A stretch of 64,000 nt of DNA from Lama guanicoe (lineage: Eukaryota). The notes beneath the pieces were generated by a model. The model had not been told where the DNA came from. It did no database searches and worked only from the letters and a program-made list of their open reading frames with translations. Below are positions 26,701 to 40,889 of this stretch, in pieces. Each line of letters opens with the position of its first letter. The first letter of the stretch is position 1. The DNA lies in assembly GCA_013239625.1 (NCBI GenBank), contig MU053881.1, positions 186,001 through 250,000 on the forward strand, given 5' to 3'. Made by a program: the position numbers and the translations under genes.

Positions 26701-28699
26701 GGACTGAGCAACTTGAACCATTGTGGTCATCCCTTCCTCACGGTTTCATAACGAACTTGCACATGGGGACTGCTAGCCTGTTTACAGAGGGCGAAACTGA
26801 GGCTCAGGGACACAGTGACGGGTGGGGCAGGGACTCGCACCCAGGGCTGTGGGAGAGGAGACACACAGCAATCAAAAGCGAGGACTCTGAGGCCAGGTAG
26901 GTCTGGGCCCCGGTGTGGGTGGTTCTGCCGCTCAGTTCCAGTACTGCTACAGGCAGTTTCAGCCCAGCTGTGCAACAAAAGATAAAAATCTCTCCGAGGA
27001 TTGTCGCTAGGAAGTGCATGAAATATCGCAGTGCAGATGCTTAGCACAGCCACAGCACGCCACGAGTGATGCAGAAACACGAGCTCTCCAGATTTCAGTG
27101 ATGACTTCGGTAGGATGGTTCACCCATTTCCAGCACAAAAATCGCTCCGGGGACGTGGCGAGAGGTGCGCTCTTTGGCCAAGGAGGCTGACGCAGCTCAG
27201 CATGGCCTTCAAGCCCCCAGGACCCCTCCAGGCTGTGTCGGGAGCAGCAGAGGGGAAAGGCCTGGAAAGGCGATCACGGCAGCCTCCCTGAGACTGGTCC
27301 AGGCTCTGGGCCCCCTTGCTAGCTTACCAGCCTCTGACGGGATCCCCAGGGTGGGAGCAGCCTGGTGGGGCTGAGCCTGTGCACGTGTGGTGCCTCGGCC
27401 CAGGGAAGCCAGACCTCCAGGCAGCACAAGGAAGACGTCAGTCCCCAGGCCTGCAGACCGCTCCGAGGGCTGGGCTCCAGGAGCCCCTCCCCAGGTGTCC
27501 TGGTGGCAGGACCCTGACGAGGTCCTCTGCATCAGGCACCGAGCAGGGGCGGCAGCAGCTCTTGGCTTGTGGCCACACCGAGCCTTCAGCGAGGCAGCCA
27601 GACTGCGAAGGGGGCCAGCGGGTGGGGTCCCCACATGGGCAGTCACACAGGTCTCAGGGCCACGGTAGTCTCATTTATAAATTGAGGGCAACATTGTAAT
27701 GAAAGGCCACATGATTCAGAGGGTGTAACGGTCCCTGGAGGCCACGTCAGCCCACGGATTTATGTTATCTCGTCCTCACAGAGCATCTGATATGGTTACC
27801 AGCATTTGAACATCAGAAGATATTGCCTAAAATCTGAATTTCCAGCTTCTGCTACATGTGAGCTGCAGCCCTGCAGAGCCACAAGTGGCTGAAGCCGGGC
27901 AGCGGCCACCCCTTCAGGCCAAGGTCTTCCCCCATCCCTGGTCAGCCACAGGTGCAGCTGCCGGCTCATCTGGCAGGCAGCTGTGTCTGATCCAGCTTTG
28001 TGGCATAGGCTGCCAGGTGATGCTCCAAGAGTGCCAGGCAGGCTGGCCGGATGGGAACACAGACTATTTCTAGCTGTGGCCCCAGCTGGCTGTGAGCATG
28101 AGCAGGAGGTCTAGGGGTGAGACAAAGGGTGATGGCAGAGGCCCAGAGTGGGGGCTGCACTACCAGGTACTCACCCTCCTTCACACCCAGGCTGAGCACC
28201 TAAAGCCACATCAGGGCCTGACCTCAGGCCACCCGAGGGATATTGGCCATCTGCCGCCCAGCTCGGGGAGAGCAGCCAGGGTGGGGAGCACCTGGAAATT
28301 ATAGGCATAGGGAGATGAGTGGCTGTGGAAGCTCTGTGGGTTTGGAGGTTCTTGGGGTTTGCCCAGTGGGGATGCTGCTGGAGGCAGGCCTTTCTCCATG
28401 GCAGGACAATTGGCCCCAGGGGCCTGCCTGGGAGGAAGGGGTAACCCCATCACCCATTGCCAGAAGCATGAGGGTGGGCGGTATCTGTCATTTCCACGTC
28501 TTCTCCTTGCTCTTGGAAACTGGGAGGCAGAAACCAGAAATGCTCAACAGCACTGAAGCACTGAATCCGTATGGCTCCTGAGGTCCCTCTGGGGGCAGAA
28601 TGTAGGAAACCAGAGGCAGATGAGTCAAAGTGCTCTGGCCCCTGCATGTGGCACTCCTCCTCCGAGCAGCCTTCCCTGACCGCCTTTTCATTAAACTTT

Positions 28700-28848
28700 C
28701 TTTCTTTTTGATGTTTTTTATTTTTTTTTGTTTTATTGGGAGGGGTAATAAGGCTTATTTATTTGTTTTTAATGGAGGCACTGGGGATTGAACCCAGGAC
28801 CCCATGCATGCTAAGCAGGCACTCTGCCACTGAGCTGTACCCTCCCCA
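28700..28848 (-). mobile_element. tRNA-Ala-derived SINE (Vic-1-like)
   Basis: tggaggcactggggattgaacccaggaccccatgcatgctaagc...ccactgagctgtaccctcccc; TSD-like ccctgaccgcctttt / ccctgacctcccttt. Confidence 0.9.
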
Positions 28849-30234
28849 CCCTGACCTCCCTTTCTGGAGTCCTTTTCCTTAGCTTTCTTGGTCAAGCTCC
28901 TTCAAGACACAGTTGAAAAGCTTTCTTCTCCTAGAAGCTCTCTCTAACCCTTGGGGAGAAGCGACCTTTCTGCTGGGTGACCCCAGGGCCGTGGACATGC
29001 CAGGTTATCCTACCAGCCAGCCACTCTGTATTGTGACGGGACAGTCACATAGCCGTGTTCCCCACCAGGCCCTGGGAGCCAGGGGCAAGGGTCACCTCTT
29101 GTGTTCCGGGTACCCACATCAAGACCTGGCACAGAGAAGCGTCTGGTACTTCCGTGGGTCACTGGGCAGGGACAGTGTGTCCTCTTGGAGTGGCCCATGT
29201 GCCTACGGTCCTTGCGCAACCCGCAGGCCCGCCCCCAAAAGTGCGCAGCCCCGTGGTGTCAGCGCCTGCATGCAGCAGGCCCAGGGGACGGGCGGGGTCT
29301 GCATGACCTCAGAGGGGTGTGTGCGGGACATGCGTGAAGTCATGCTTGTTTATGAGGCTCTGACACAGCAAGCGTCATTTCCTCCCTGCCGAGCCGCACG
29401 GTGCTTCACCTGCTCAGCCAGCCTCTGACTTCTCCCCTGGCATCACATGTCACCTCTGCAGCCCATGTCGGCAGGGATGCTGGGGTCGGAGCTGTTTGTC
29501 TGACATCACTTCGGCTGCATGAGGAGAGACCCTCCCAGCAGCTATCTTCTTGGGCTTGGCAAGGCAAAGGCTGCGAGGTGCCCCAGCTGCAGCTCAGTGT
29601 GCAGAGCTGGGCCCCGGCCAGGAGGTCCCTGAAGGGGTGACCACAGCGATGGAGGCTGGGATGGCCAAGCCTGTCCTGCCTTCCTGACCATGGGCCTTCC
29701 AGTGAAGGGCTAAGAGACAGGGGTCCCAGGTAAGGAAAACCAGGGGGCAGTCAGAAGGGCCTCAGAAAGACGGAGGGAGGCAGAGTTATGAGCCCATACA
29801 GCTCAGGTCAGGGCAAGGGCCTGGCAGGGGCCAACAGGGAGAAGGCGAAGCGCACAGGCCCTGCAGCTCCACCCCCCAGATGCTGGCCCCTAGGCACAGT
29901 GTCCTCACGGGCCAGACCTCCCAGACCACGGTGTGCCTGCCCTGCCTGAAGGCACCGACATTCAAAAAGCTTAAAACTGTTTGCTGGTCTAATCAGAAAT
30001 GGGCGTAAATACACACCTGCACATAAACACACAGACACACACACACACTCACACACACGCTCCGCCCCGTTTGTCCCAGTTACTTTGTGGTCCCTGGCAA
30101 AAAGCCTGTCAGATCCAGATCCCCACAGCTTGAGAGCAAGTTCTTTTGTCTTCAAGGGTCAGAGACTAGGTCAGGCTGTGCTGAAAACTAAGGAATTTGT
30201 GATAAAGAGAGCATGGGGGCTCGCTATTATTGTC

Positions 30235-31720
30235 CTATTGAAATATAGTTTACATTCAGGAAAAAGCCCAAATCTTAAGTACAAAGGTGGTAGGTTTTCA
30301 TCTATGCCTCCAGTCATGTAAACCTCGATTGGTGTAAAACACATTTCCATCCGCCCAGGTAGTTCCCTCGCGCCCCATCCAGTCAGCCCATACCTGCCCC
30401 ACTCCCCGGGGGGCAGTCGCTGTTCTGATTGCTGTCACCATATGTTAGGTAAACTGTCCTTGAACTTCATGTAAATCAGATCGCTCCACACGCACACCCT
30501 TGTCCAAGGCTGCGTGGCGCTCTCCTAGGTAAATGTCTAGAGCGGGATCGGTGGGTCACAGGGTATCCGTCTGCTTAACTTCATGAGAAACGACCGAGAG
30601 GTTTCCTGCTGGACCATCTCACGCTCCCACCAGCAGCGCGTGTGAGTTCTAGTCGTCGCGCATCTTCGCAGCGCTCAGGGTTGTCAGGCCTGTCCGTGTA
30701 GGCATGCAGAGGGGTGGGGAGTGGTACTTCACTGTGGTTTTAATTCGTTTTTCCTGATGATTAAGGAAGCGAAGTGTCTTTCCGTATGCTTATTAGTCGT
30801 TTGGCTATCCGCTTTTGTGAAGTAGTTCTTCAAAAATTTCTTTTCATTTTTTTTATTGGGTTTTACCTTTTTTTTTATGAGTAGGGCCTCTTTATAAATT
30901 CTAGATAGTCTATAAATTCTAGTGTTTTGTCAGATACACATACTCTGAATACTTTCGTTCAGTCTGTGGCCTGCATTTCACTTCCTTAATGGTGTTTGTG
31001 GGTGAGCAGAAGTTTTCCATTTTGTTGAAGTCAAATTTGTCATTTTTGGTCTTAGGATTAGCACCGTGCACATCCAGTTTAAGAAACATTTGTCTACTCT
31101 GAGATCATGAAGGCAATTTCCTATTTTCTTCTAGAAGCTTTATTGTTTTATCTTTCACATTTAGATCTATGATTCATTTCTAAGTAATTTTTCTGTATGA
31201 GGTAGTGAGGGGATTAAGGTTCATCGTAGTGTGTAAATTTCTAGTTGACCTAGCTCCGTTCATTGAAAAGATCTTCCTTCCCCTGTTGCATTATGCTGGT
31301 TGTCATGTCTGTGTTGAACATGTACGTGTGAGTCTGTTTCTGAGCTCTGGATTCTCTCCATTGGTCCGTGTGTCTGTCCTCACAACAGCACCAGAGTGTC
31401 TCGATTACTTTAGCTATATAATAATCTTGCTATCACATAGTGTATATCCTCCAGCTTTGTCCTTCTTCAAGTTCGTCTTAGCTCTTTATATTTCCATATA
31501 AATTTTAGAATCAGCTTGTTGAGTTTGCTGAAATTTTCATATGAACACTATTGAACTTATAGATCAATTAAAGGAGAACTGACATCTTAGCAACAGTGAG
31601 CCTTGCAATCCATGAACACGGTATACCTCTCCATTATTGAGATCTTGATTAATTTCCTTCAGTTATGTATTGTAGTTTTAAGTGTGTAAATCTTGTGCAT
31701 TTCTCATGAAAATTTTTGAC
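30235..31720 (-). mobile_element. Old L1 (3'UTR plus ORF2), degenerate
   Basis: tattgaaatatagtttacattcag...ttctagaagctttattgttttatctttcacatttagatctatgattcattt...agaatcagcttg. Confidence 0.85.
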
Positions 31721-34029
31721 ATTACTGTACTTAGCATTTTTGAACAATTTGGACTCTTTCTAATGGCAGCTCTCTCTGTTTGTTTCTTTCTCTCAACCAC
31801 TGTGTGCATATTCTCAATCTAAATTTTGAAAGGAGCCAGTCTGGTTGGCCTATTTATCGCCACAATCCCTAAGCAGATGCCTGCCCTTGAGTCTGGCAAC
31901 CAACCTGAGCCCACTACCAAGAACAACACACTCCTTCCCTGAACAGGGGACTTCACGTGTGATGTTTCTTCACAGGACGGAGAGACCGTGTGTGGCAGCT
32001 GCTGTGACTGACACGCCTGCTACAGTTCTATAGTGGGTTGAATGGTGTCCCCCTAAAAACATATCTGCCTCAGAACCTCAGTATATTGATCTTAATTTAA
32101 ATAAAACTCTTTGCAAAAACACCAGCTTCAGCAGACAGATCTGGAGCTTTCTTGTTGGATGTTAGGTCCCAACCATGTGACCCTTCTGCAGCTCCTCAAA
32201 TGACTTCTCTCTCCTCCACCCCACTCCCACCCCTGCCAACACCGGCTCCCACCGCCTACCCGGTCTGGCTGCTCAGTTGTGCGCCAGACTGCATCTGGGA
32301 GTCATCAGTGGACAGCGAGGACCTCCTACTGTCTGCACCCAGCCTGGAGAGCACACAGAGCTGGGGGCTGGGGGCATGAAAGGGTCCCTAGTCCCAGGCC
32401 CAGAAGGAGCAGGAGAGGGATATGGGGGGATTTGCAGATTTGGGGGAGGCAGACAATTTTGCAAAGGAGAAAGGGACCTGGGTGGACCCCTGCAGGGGCT
32501 ACTGTGGGGGCAACAAAGATGAGGGTGCCCACAGGTTGCCATTATACCAGCTCTGTGAAGTGGGCACAGCCATCAGAGGAGGATGCAGGGCTCAGGGAGG
32601 TTAAGGAACACCCCTAGGTGGACATGGGTAGGGTTGGAGCAGGGCTCTGCTGGCTTTCCTGAGACCCTCCTCTGACCCTTGGATACTGAAGTATTGGGGT
32701 AGGTGACCCACCATGAGGATGGAGCGGAGAGGTGGCCTCAGGAGTGGGACCCTGAGGACCAAGCTGAGAAGGGACCTAGGGAGGAATGCTGAGGCCTGGC
32801 CCACCGGGGCTGGGGGCAGGTGCACATCTCAAACCCTCTTACTGCCCTGAGAAACAGCATTGCTCTGCACTTTCTTACTGCACAAGAACTCCAAAGGTTT
32901 TTGTTGCCAAACTGAGCTCGTGTTTAAGGGAACATACAGGGATGCGCAGGAGCAAGACTCTGGCCTTACTGGAAGGCCAGCTGGAAGCAAGTACCTTTCA
33001 CCCAGGGCTTACTGAATTGTCACCACCACCTTGGGTACTATTATCCCTTTGTGCAGATGGGAGGCTGTAACTGAAACGAAGCCACCTGTGCAAGGTCACA
33101 AGCTGGGGGCTACTGCTGCAAGGGCCCCTGGCCTCAGGCTCACTGGTCCTGGGAGGGATGGGGAGGAGGCAGTGGTCCAGGTGTGTTCCTGCGGAGCCTC
33201 CTCTGAGAACCCGGGAGGGGGTGAGGGGAGGCCAGTTTGCTGGACTGCAGAGTGGACGCCTTTACCCCAGGACAAGAAACCCCCCTCCTGCCCACTTCCT
33301 GGCCCCCCGGGGTGCTGGCCAGTTTCTCCAGCACATTCTTGGCAGCTTCTTGCTCCTGTCCCCTAAGAGGCAGACCTTTCCCAGTGCCTTCCTGTTCAAG
33401 TTCACGGGCATGGGACGCAGACTCGAAGCTGAAAGAACCAGGTGCGCAAACTTGGCTGAACGAAGTTTCTTTTCTTTTTCTGCAGGAAGAGTGAAATCCA
33501 GACCTTGGGCTCCTCACCAGGGAGGGGAGTGGTTTGGCCCAGCCATCAGCTCAACAGGGCAAAACAGAGCACAGCATTCTCAGATACGGGGCCTTCTCCA
33601 CTTCAGGGACTCGGAGCTCCGAGTTTCAAACCAGTCTCTGTGTTCATAGTTGAATTTTTGGCAAGGACCGTCCTCAGGTTTCCAGGACAGGAGGCCTCAC
33701 ATGTGTTACCAGGTTGGCTCCAGGGTTCTCTGAGCTGCTTCCCTCATGGATAAGGCCCCGAGGTCAGAGACACAGGAAGCAGAAACCCTCAGCGGGATTC
33801 CCTCTGCAAAAGATCTTTAGAGTACTTGGTGAACTTCTTCTTTATTGTTATTTGTTGTGCTTTCATTGATTGCCATGAATCATGCTTTCATAAAAAATAA
33901 AGGCAAAACAAAAAGGTTGTTTTGAAAGAGAAGTTCCCTGATTTCGTTAGTTGGAGTTTTGCCTAAAATGAAGCACAGGGAAACCATTAAGATCTTAATG
34001 TGTAAATAGGCAGAATCTCCGTCTTCTTT

Positions 34030-34178
34030 CTTTAAAAAAATTTTTAAATTAAAAAAAAATGGGGGGTAGGTAATTAGGTTTATTCATCTAAGTATTTATT
34101 TTTTAATGGCGGTACTGGGGATTAAACCCAGGACCTCATACTTGCTAAGCGTGCACTCTGCCATGAGCTATACCCCCC
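34030..34178 (-). mobile_element. tRNA-Ala-derived SINE (Vic-1-like)
   Basis: ggtactggggattaaacccaggacctcatacttgctaagcgtgcactctgccatgagctatacccccc. Confidence 0.9.
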
Positions 34179-34454
34179 TACTTCTTTCTATTCGAAGAAA
34201 AACAAAAGAAGCCTGGTTAGATTCTCAAAAAAATAAATAAATACTCTCAAAAAAAAAAAAAAAGACTCGATTCTCGAGAAAAGGTGGACAGACAGCCTAT
34301 GGCAGACCAACACAGGGACAGGAGCGGTTAGACGTGGCAGCCATCCAGACGCTGCGGGTGCTGGGTTCAAGTCTCCACCCCATTCATCGAGCTTGGGTGG
34401 GGCCAAGGGCCCCTCACCCTCACTCCACCCTCCATCCCACCCCCATGCTACTTT

Positions 34455-34945
34455 TCAGCCAATACAAGCAGTTACTGTGTGTCAGGCACTGTTCTAGAGT
34501 CTGGGGCTACAGCAGCGGGCGGACCAGACAGAACTCCCTCCCCTTATGGAGGGCATGCTTATGAGGGAGATGGACAAGGGGCACACCCCCAGCGCGTCGC
34601 CTTGTGTCTCCCGCTGACAAAAGCTCTGCTCGAAGAGAAATAGAGCCAGAGGAAGGCAGGGATACGCTGGGACGGGGGCGTGTGGTGGGGGAGGGGCTGC
34701 ATTGTGAAGCACAATGTTCAGGGAAAAGGTTCGTCGAAGAAGTGACAGGGGACCAAAGGCCTGAGGAAGCAAGAGAGGACCCCATGGGGTTCTGGGCGAG
34801 GAGAGCTTCAGGCAGAGGGAACAGTGTGCAGAAACGAGCTGGCATATTTCAGAGACGTCGAGGAAGGGGGGGCCATTCTGTGTGATGGGATGGGAGAGTG
34901 GCAGGAAATGGAGGGAGGGGCAGAGATGGTGGGTCTGAGCCCAGC
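34455..34945 (-). mobile_element. L2 fragment
   Basis: tactgtgtgtcaggcactgttctagagtctggggctacagcag...caggcagagggaacagtgtgcaga. Confidence 0.65.
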
Positions 34946-34956
34946 AGGGGTCTACT

Positions 34957-35408
34957 TGTAGTGGGTTCCCGCAAAAAAGACATATCTGCGTCCCAGAACC
35001 GGTGAATGTGACCTTATTTGGAAAAAGAGTCTTTACAGATGTAATTAAAGCTCTCAAGATGAGCTCATCCTGGACCATATAGGTGGGCCCGGAATCCAAA
35101 TGGTGTGTCCTTGTAAGAGACACAGAGGAGAGACAGAGGCACAGAGAAGACCAGGTGAAGACAGAGGCAAAGATCAGAGAGCGACGTATCTTGGCACAGG
35201 GCAAGGACCGCCTGGAGCCACCAGGAGCTGGGAGAGGCAGGGACCTATCCTCCCCTGTAGCCTTCAGAGAGCGCGTGGCCCTGCTGGCGCCTTGATTCCG
35301 GCCCAGTGAAACTGAGTTTGGACTTCTAGCCTCCAGAACTGTGTGCCACTAACTGTGGGTGGTTTTCAATCACCAATTTTGTTACAGCAGCCACAGAATT
35401 AAATACAC
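34957..35408 (+). mobile_element. MLT1 (ERVL-MaLR) solo LTR
   Basis: gtgaatgtgaccttatttggaaaaagagtctttacagatgtaattaa ... ggacttctagcctccagaactgtg ... tttgttacagcagccacagaattaaataca. Confidence 0.85.
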
Positions 35409-37370
35409 CACTGCAACGGGCTGGGGTGAGGGTGAGGAGACCAGTGTGGGGGTCGCTGTAAGACACACCCACCCAAATGACTCCCAAGTCCATCGGGCCT
35501 GCCTGTCCCCAAAGTTTGCCATGTTTACCCACTACCTGGCTTTTTTTTTTTAATGTCTCTCCTTGTTTTAATTTAAATAAACATATTTCAAAATGCAGTA
35601 TTAGATCCCTAAGTTAAATATAAAACTGGATTTATTTTCCATAAATAGAACTAGAAATATTTTCTATGAGGCTGAGGGGCCCTTGAGCCCACTCAAGCTC
35701 GATGAAGAGGGGTGGAGACTCAAACCCATATTTATTTCTATGAAAATAAACTCAAGGGAAGCCAAATTGTGACCACATTCTAATGACATTCCCCACCACC
35801 TACAAGCCGTCTGGGACTGTGACCATCTCTTTGTGTCTAAAAACATAAAACAGCCCTCGTGCCGGAGAAGCAGCAAAGGCTTGCAGCGTCAGACAGAGCT
35901 GCGCTAGGAGCGGCCCTCCAGCCCTGCGGTCAGCGTGGCGTGGGGTTCAGGGCCCGCACGGCCAGCTTGGGTGGTGGAGGCCTCCGCTCAGACCCCATGG
36001 GGATGGGGAAGAGTCTCCATGGTGGGGAGGCAGGGGCATGCTGCCCGAGGGAGGTTATAAGAAGGCTCACCCTTTGGAAACGAATGACTGAATTGGCAAG
36101 AGCGTCCCCCGTGGACAACAGACAGTCTGGGGCTGAGCCCAGTTTTATTGGCAGTTTTCACTGTCCAGGTACTGAGTGAAGGACACCAATATTCAGTTAC
36201 AGACTTATTTTTACTCTACAGGATTTTGTGCTCATGTGCACACAAGACTCTGGCTTGAGGTTTTTCAAGACAGAGGGAACACACCAAGGAATGACACCAC
36301 AGGCAGGACTTACATGCTTGCCAGGTTCAGAAATAAGTGGTGGGAGACCCAAATCTCCAGCCGCAAACTCCAGCTGAGGTGTAAGAAAGGAGTACCAGCG
36401 GCTTCGGTCTGCCCTACACAGGCCCCCTGCTCCCTGCTCTGTGTCCCAGGAGCCTGACCTCGGGGTAAACTGTAAGTCCGCATGCTTTCCTCAGCAGGGA
36501 GTGCAAGTCGAAGTATTTCTTCCGCAGGGCTGATCGTGGTCCTTTGCTAGAGGTCACAGCTCCTGGCTGGCTGCCCCTCCACATAGCTCCCTCCTTTTTG
36601 AGTTTCGGATACTGCACGCTGCCCCTGTCCCTGCAGGCAGAGGGTGGAGGCACAGCCTTGCTGTTATCAGCTCGGGGCGCTGCACTGCCCCTCGTGGCTT
36701 TCCTACACTTTGTCCACACCTTGATGGAGTTCTTTATTAAATTCTCCTCAACTTACCCTGTTGGAATGTTTCTCAGGAAACGCATCCTAAGAATGGTCCC
36801 TGGGATCTGATCTGAGGAACACAATCACACCTTCCTGCCAGGAGGAAAGGGGACATGGGACATCGGGCATGCCGTGGCATCCTGAGTCCCCGGAGGATGG
36901 CTGGTGGTGGCGTAAGATACATGCAGGTGGAGGGCCAGGCACCAGAGAATCAAACGGCTTTGATGCTCAGTTGCTTAGCAACCGTGGCCCAAGGAGCAGT
37001 AACCAACCCTAGAGCATCATTTGTCAAAATGTGGCTCCTGTCCGCAGACTGGTGCCATCCACTGACTGCTCGTCGCTGGCCAGAAACGAGATAAATTCAG
37101 AACGTGAAGGTGTTTGGAAATCTTTTAGGATTTTGGTCTAGTTGCAACATCCAAGTGCATCCAAGAGTATGGCTTTTGTTCTTACTGCACAAGACACAGA
37201 CTTGCTGGGGCACTGGCAAAGACTCACGGCGGGTCGCACGTAATGCAGGAGCGTCCGCAAGGTGAGCAGCAGGACCATGTTCCCATGTGTGGGTTTAGGT
37301 TTAGTCTTTCCTGTAACTCGAAAGTATTTAAAATATGGAATCTCTTTCTTTCTAAATGAGACACACCCAC

Positions 37371-37670
37371 ACTCATCATTCAGATTTGATGGAGAAATCA
37401 AAAGCTTTCCGGATAACCAAAAGCTAAAAGAATTCAGCAGCACCAAGCCAGCTTTACAGCAAGTGCTAAAGGAACTTCTCTAGGCGGGAAAGAAAAGGCC
37501 ACAACTAGAAACAGAATTACAAAACGGAAAAGCTCACCGGGAAAAGGCAAACATGTAGTAAAGGTAGGAAATCATTCCTTTTTTTTTTTAAAGAAAATCA
37601 TTCTTGCACAAGCTAGTAGGAAGGATAAAAGACATTAGTAGAAAAATCGTCAGTTTCCACAGTAAGTAAT
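37371..37670 (+). mobile_element. Isolated L1 ORF1 C-terminus and inter-ORF fragment
   Basis: SFRFDGEIKSFPDNQKLKEFSSTKPALQQVLKELL* is the L1 ORF1p C-terminus. Confidence 0.85.
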
Positions 37671-37766
37671 TCAGTAGATTCCTGGTAATCCCCACTAATT
37701 CAGGGTTTTTTTTACATGCATGCATCACACACACCTGCCCCTGCCTTCTCTGGGGCTGTGTGTAAG

Positions 37767-37880
37767 TAGAGGGACCTTACGACTGATTTGCAGGAGATAG
37801 TCCCAGTTGACACCTGTTGTCTCAGCGTTGTTATTAATAATGCCCCACTTCATTCTCAGAGTCCCCAGTTTAGACAATGA
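37767..37880. mobile_element. MER94-like hAT-Blackjack MITE
   Basis: tagtcccagttgacacctgttgtctcagcgttgttattaataatgccccacttcattctca. Confidence 0.6.
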
Positions 37881-40800
37881 GGTGTCAATAAATGATAGAA
37901 GGCACTGGGTCCAGAGAGTAAGTGGTGTGGTGACCTACATAGAAAGTGCGGGTCTGATTTAGAGGACAATCTTATTCTTTGTCCAGACTATCCAGCTGGC
38001 ATCAGCACCCTTACTTAGTCTGGTGGTGAGCTGTCAATCCCCTCCTGGCCTCCAACTTGCTCTTGGTTTACACACACACATGTACACGCACATGCACACA
38101 TCCACATGTATACCTACACACACACTCAACCACACATGCACGTGTTCACATAGCACATGCACGTGCAAACATTTACACACATACATACACACACAACTTC
38201 CCAGAATGTGCTGGACCCTGCTGATGACATTCTGAGCCAGTGTGAGACATGGATAGGCTTGGGGAGAGATGGAGTGTGTTCTAAACCTGGCAGTGCCAAC
38301 CCACCTGAATGAAGGGCCAGTGTCGGCAGAAGCCTGTGGTCACTTGGGGGCCCCCGACGGCCGGATGACTCTGCAAAACGCACTGAGCTACTCTGGCTCC
38401 TCGGTCCGTCTGCCCAGTGGGTGGACCGGCCCAGAAGGCCTCAGAGCCACCGCACCCAGCCGTGGCTTGTCTCGCCCGCACTCTGCAAACAAGCAGCACA
38501 CAGCTTATTTTCTTCATCTGCTGACAAGATGAACATCCAAAACTCCCGTGGAGTTGGGAGGGGCGACAGAAAGGCCATCTGGCCAACACCCATCCCCATG
38601 GCTAATGATCTTTCATTTCCCAGCTGTGTTTTTAGGAGAAAATAAATAAGACTCTAAAAGCTGCCAAAAGGGTGGCTCTGCGGCTGTCCTTAGCGGTGAC
38701 CCTACGGAGAATCCCCGTGATTAAGCTCCCTTGCCCTGGCTGGGGCCTCACCCGTTGAGCCCTGCTGGGGCCACTTTTAGTTCAGATCATGGGGCACCAG
38801 CAGCAGTAGTCCCCTTCCCATGGATGGCCCCAGCCTCTGCCTGGGACGTACCTCTCAGACCCTCTCTGTCCTCACCCTAGTCCTGCCCCGTTCCCTGCTG
38901 TCCTCTGAGCACCCACCCTGGGCTTCATGCTTCGCAGGGCCTGTTTTCATCGGTCCTTATAACTGCATAGGAGCTAGGATTTCTCAATCCCATTTTACAG
39001 ATGAGGAAACTGAGGCTCAGGAAGATAAAAGGAGTCTTGGGGGCACAGGCCAGCAAGAGGGGGCCCAGAACTCTGATCAGACCTCTGAACTTGGATTCCT
39101 TAACACTCTCTCCCATTCCCCTCACACCCTCCCACTCTTCAAATCCAGGCCCCCAACTCCAAACCCCATCTCCCGCATAGTCCCCTCTCTGAGCTCCACA
39201 TTCATGTCCAAAAGCGTGTGGACCTCTCTGCTGGGGGACAGGGGTCCACAGTCACCTCAGGTTCAACAGGGCCCAAACTGTGGTCCTCCCCTCCCTCAGC
39301 CTGCTGCCATCTTATACTCCAAAGACCAGCAAATGGCTCTCCTGTGGCCTCCAGAGTCGGACACCGGGGGGCCATGCCATGGCTCTCTTCCTCCCCACTG
39401 TCCCCCCCTGGGCAAGCTCCCAGGGCTCCCCTAACTCTCCTCTCGCCTTAGGCCTGCACCGAACCTGCCCACCAGCACTCCTCCCGCTGCAGGGATTTTT
39501 CTAAAGAGCAAAGCCCACCACGTCACTTCTGCTTAAGGACTTCAGCTGAGCCTCCAACCACAGAGGGAACCCTGGCCCCAGGTGCTCCACCCACTAGCCC
39601 AGCCTGAGGTCTGCTTCTGCCTGACTGGGCATCCCACATACCTCTTTTAGGCCTGACCCTATCTGTCCTACGAATTTGTGATGGACAAAATGTTTTTAAA
39701 TCTCATTAGCCATGCCCTTATTCTAGTAACAGCACCTCAGGTTTTACTTGGGGATGTCCACGTCCATCCTCACTCCCATGGTGTGTCCGTAAACCTGACC
39801 TATGATGGCATGTACAACAATGAATGGCTCAGGGAGGCAAGATTCCCTGGACAATCTAAGGAAATCCCAGATCTTCTCCTGGAACCTTTAGGGAAGGATG
39901 CGACTGCCCACTGGTGTTGCTAAATCAGTAAGACATAAGCCTGAAGCTGTTGGGGCCACCAGGTGAGGAAAGCTGACCTGAAGCCAATACAGAGAAAAGC
40001 AGAGCTGAGAGACTCAAAGAGAAGGACACATAAACTGAGCAGCTTGATCCAGCTGTACCTGCACGCACCCCCTGCATTTTTGAGCTATGTGAGACAATAA
40101 AGTCCCTTTTTGACCTGCACCAGTTTGAATCTTTTTCTACCATTTGCACACCATCAAGATCAGTTCAGATGGCCCTCTACTTCTAGGAAGAGTAGATAGT
40201 TTCCTCCACTTGTTCCCCATCATCTGTTGTTCATTCCAGCGCAGAAAGGATTTACATCTGCCTCCCAGCTTGACCATGAGCTGTCAAGGGCAAGGATGGA
40301 GCTTTACCCATTGCTGTTCCTCAGTGCCAGCACAAGGCTGGTGCAGGGTGAGCCCAGCAGATGCTCAAGTGCTCAGGGGATGGAGGGATTCTCTCCCACC
40401 CAGGAGAAGTTTCCTGAGCAGACCCCCATCCTTGCCTTTGGCACTGCAGTACTCCCTCCTGCCCACCTCGGGAAAGAGGCGAGTTCAGTCCTCTCTTGGG
40501 AAAGAGAAGGAACGGGGATGGAAGGTTCTCACTACCTCTGTTGTGTCCCCCAGGCTGAGCCCGCCCTTGACTCTCAGACACTCATGGACCACCCAGCATT
40601 TTCCCCCTTTCCCATCTGCGGACCCTCCCCTTCTCCTCTCATTCCAGTCGGCTCTGGGGTGAAGCCCAGTCCCCAGCTCCCAGTTCAGGACTACAGCTGG
40701 GGACAGGAGCTCACTTCTCACCCCTCACATGGGGGGGTGCGTTGCACAGGCCCCAGCTGCCAGGAGGGGCGCCGGCCTGAGCCCCGAGACGGCCCAGAGG

Positions 40801-40889
40801 TGGGCTGAGTGGGACACAGCACCATGGATACACTGAGCCCAGGTTCTACTTTCAGAAACAGTAAACTAACTTCCTTTTTCGCTTAAGTC

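Noticed and set aside
34180..34280. A-rich stretch with repeated gattctc
   Set aside because: Possible poly-A-only insertion, but the TSD is too weak to support.
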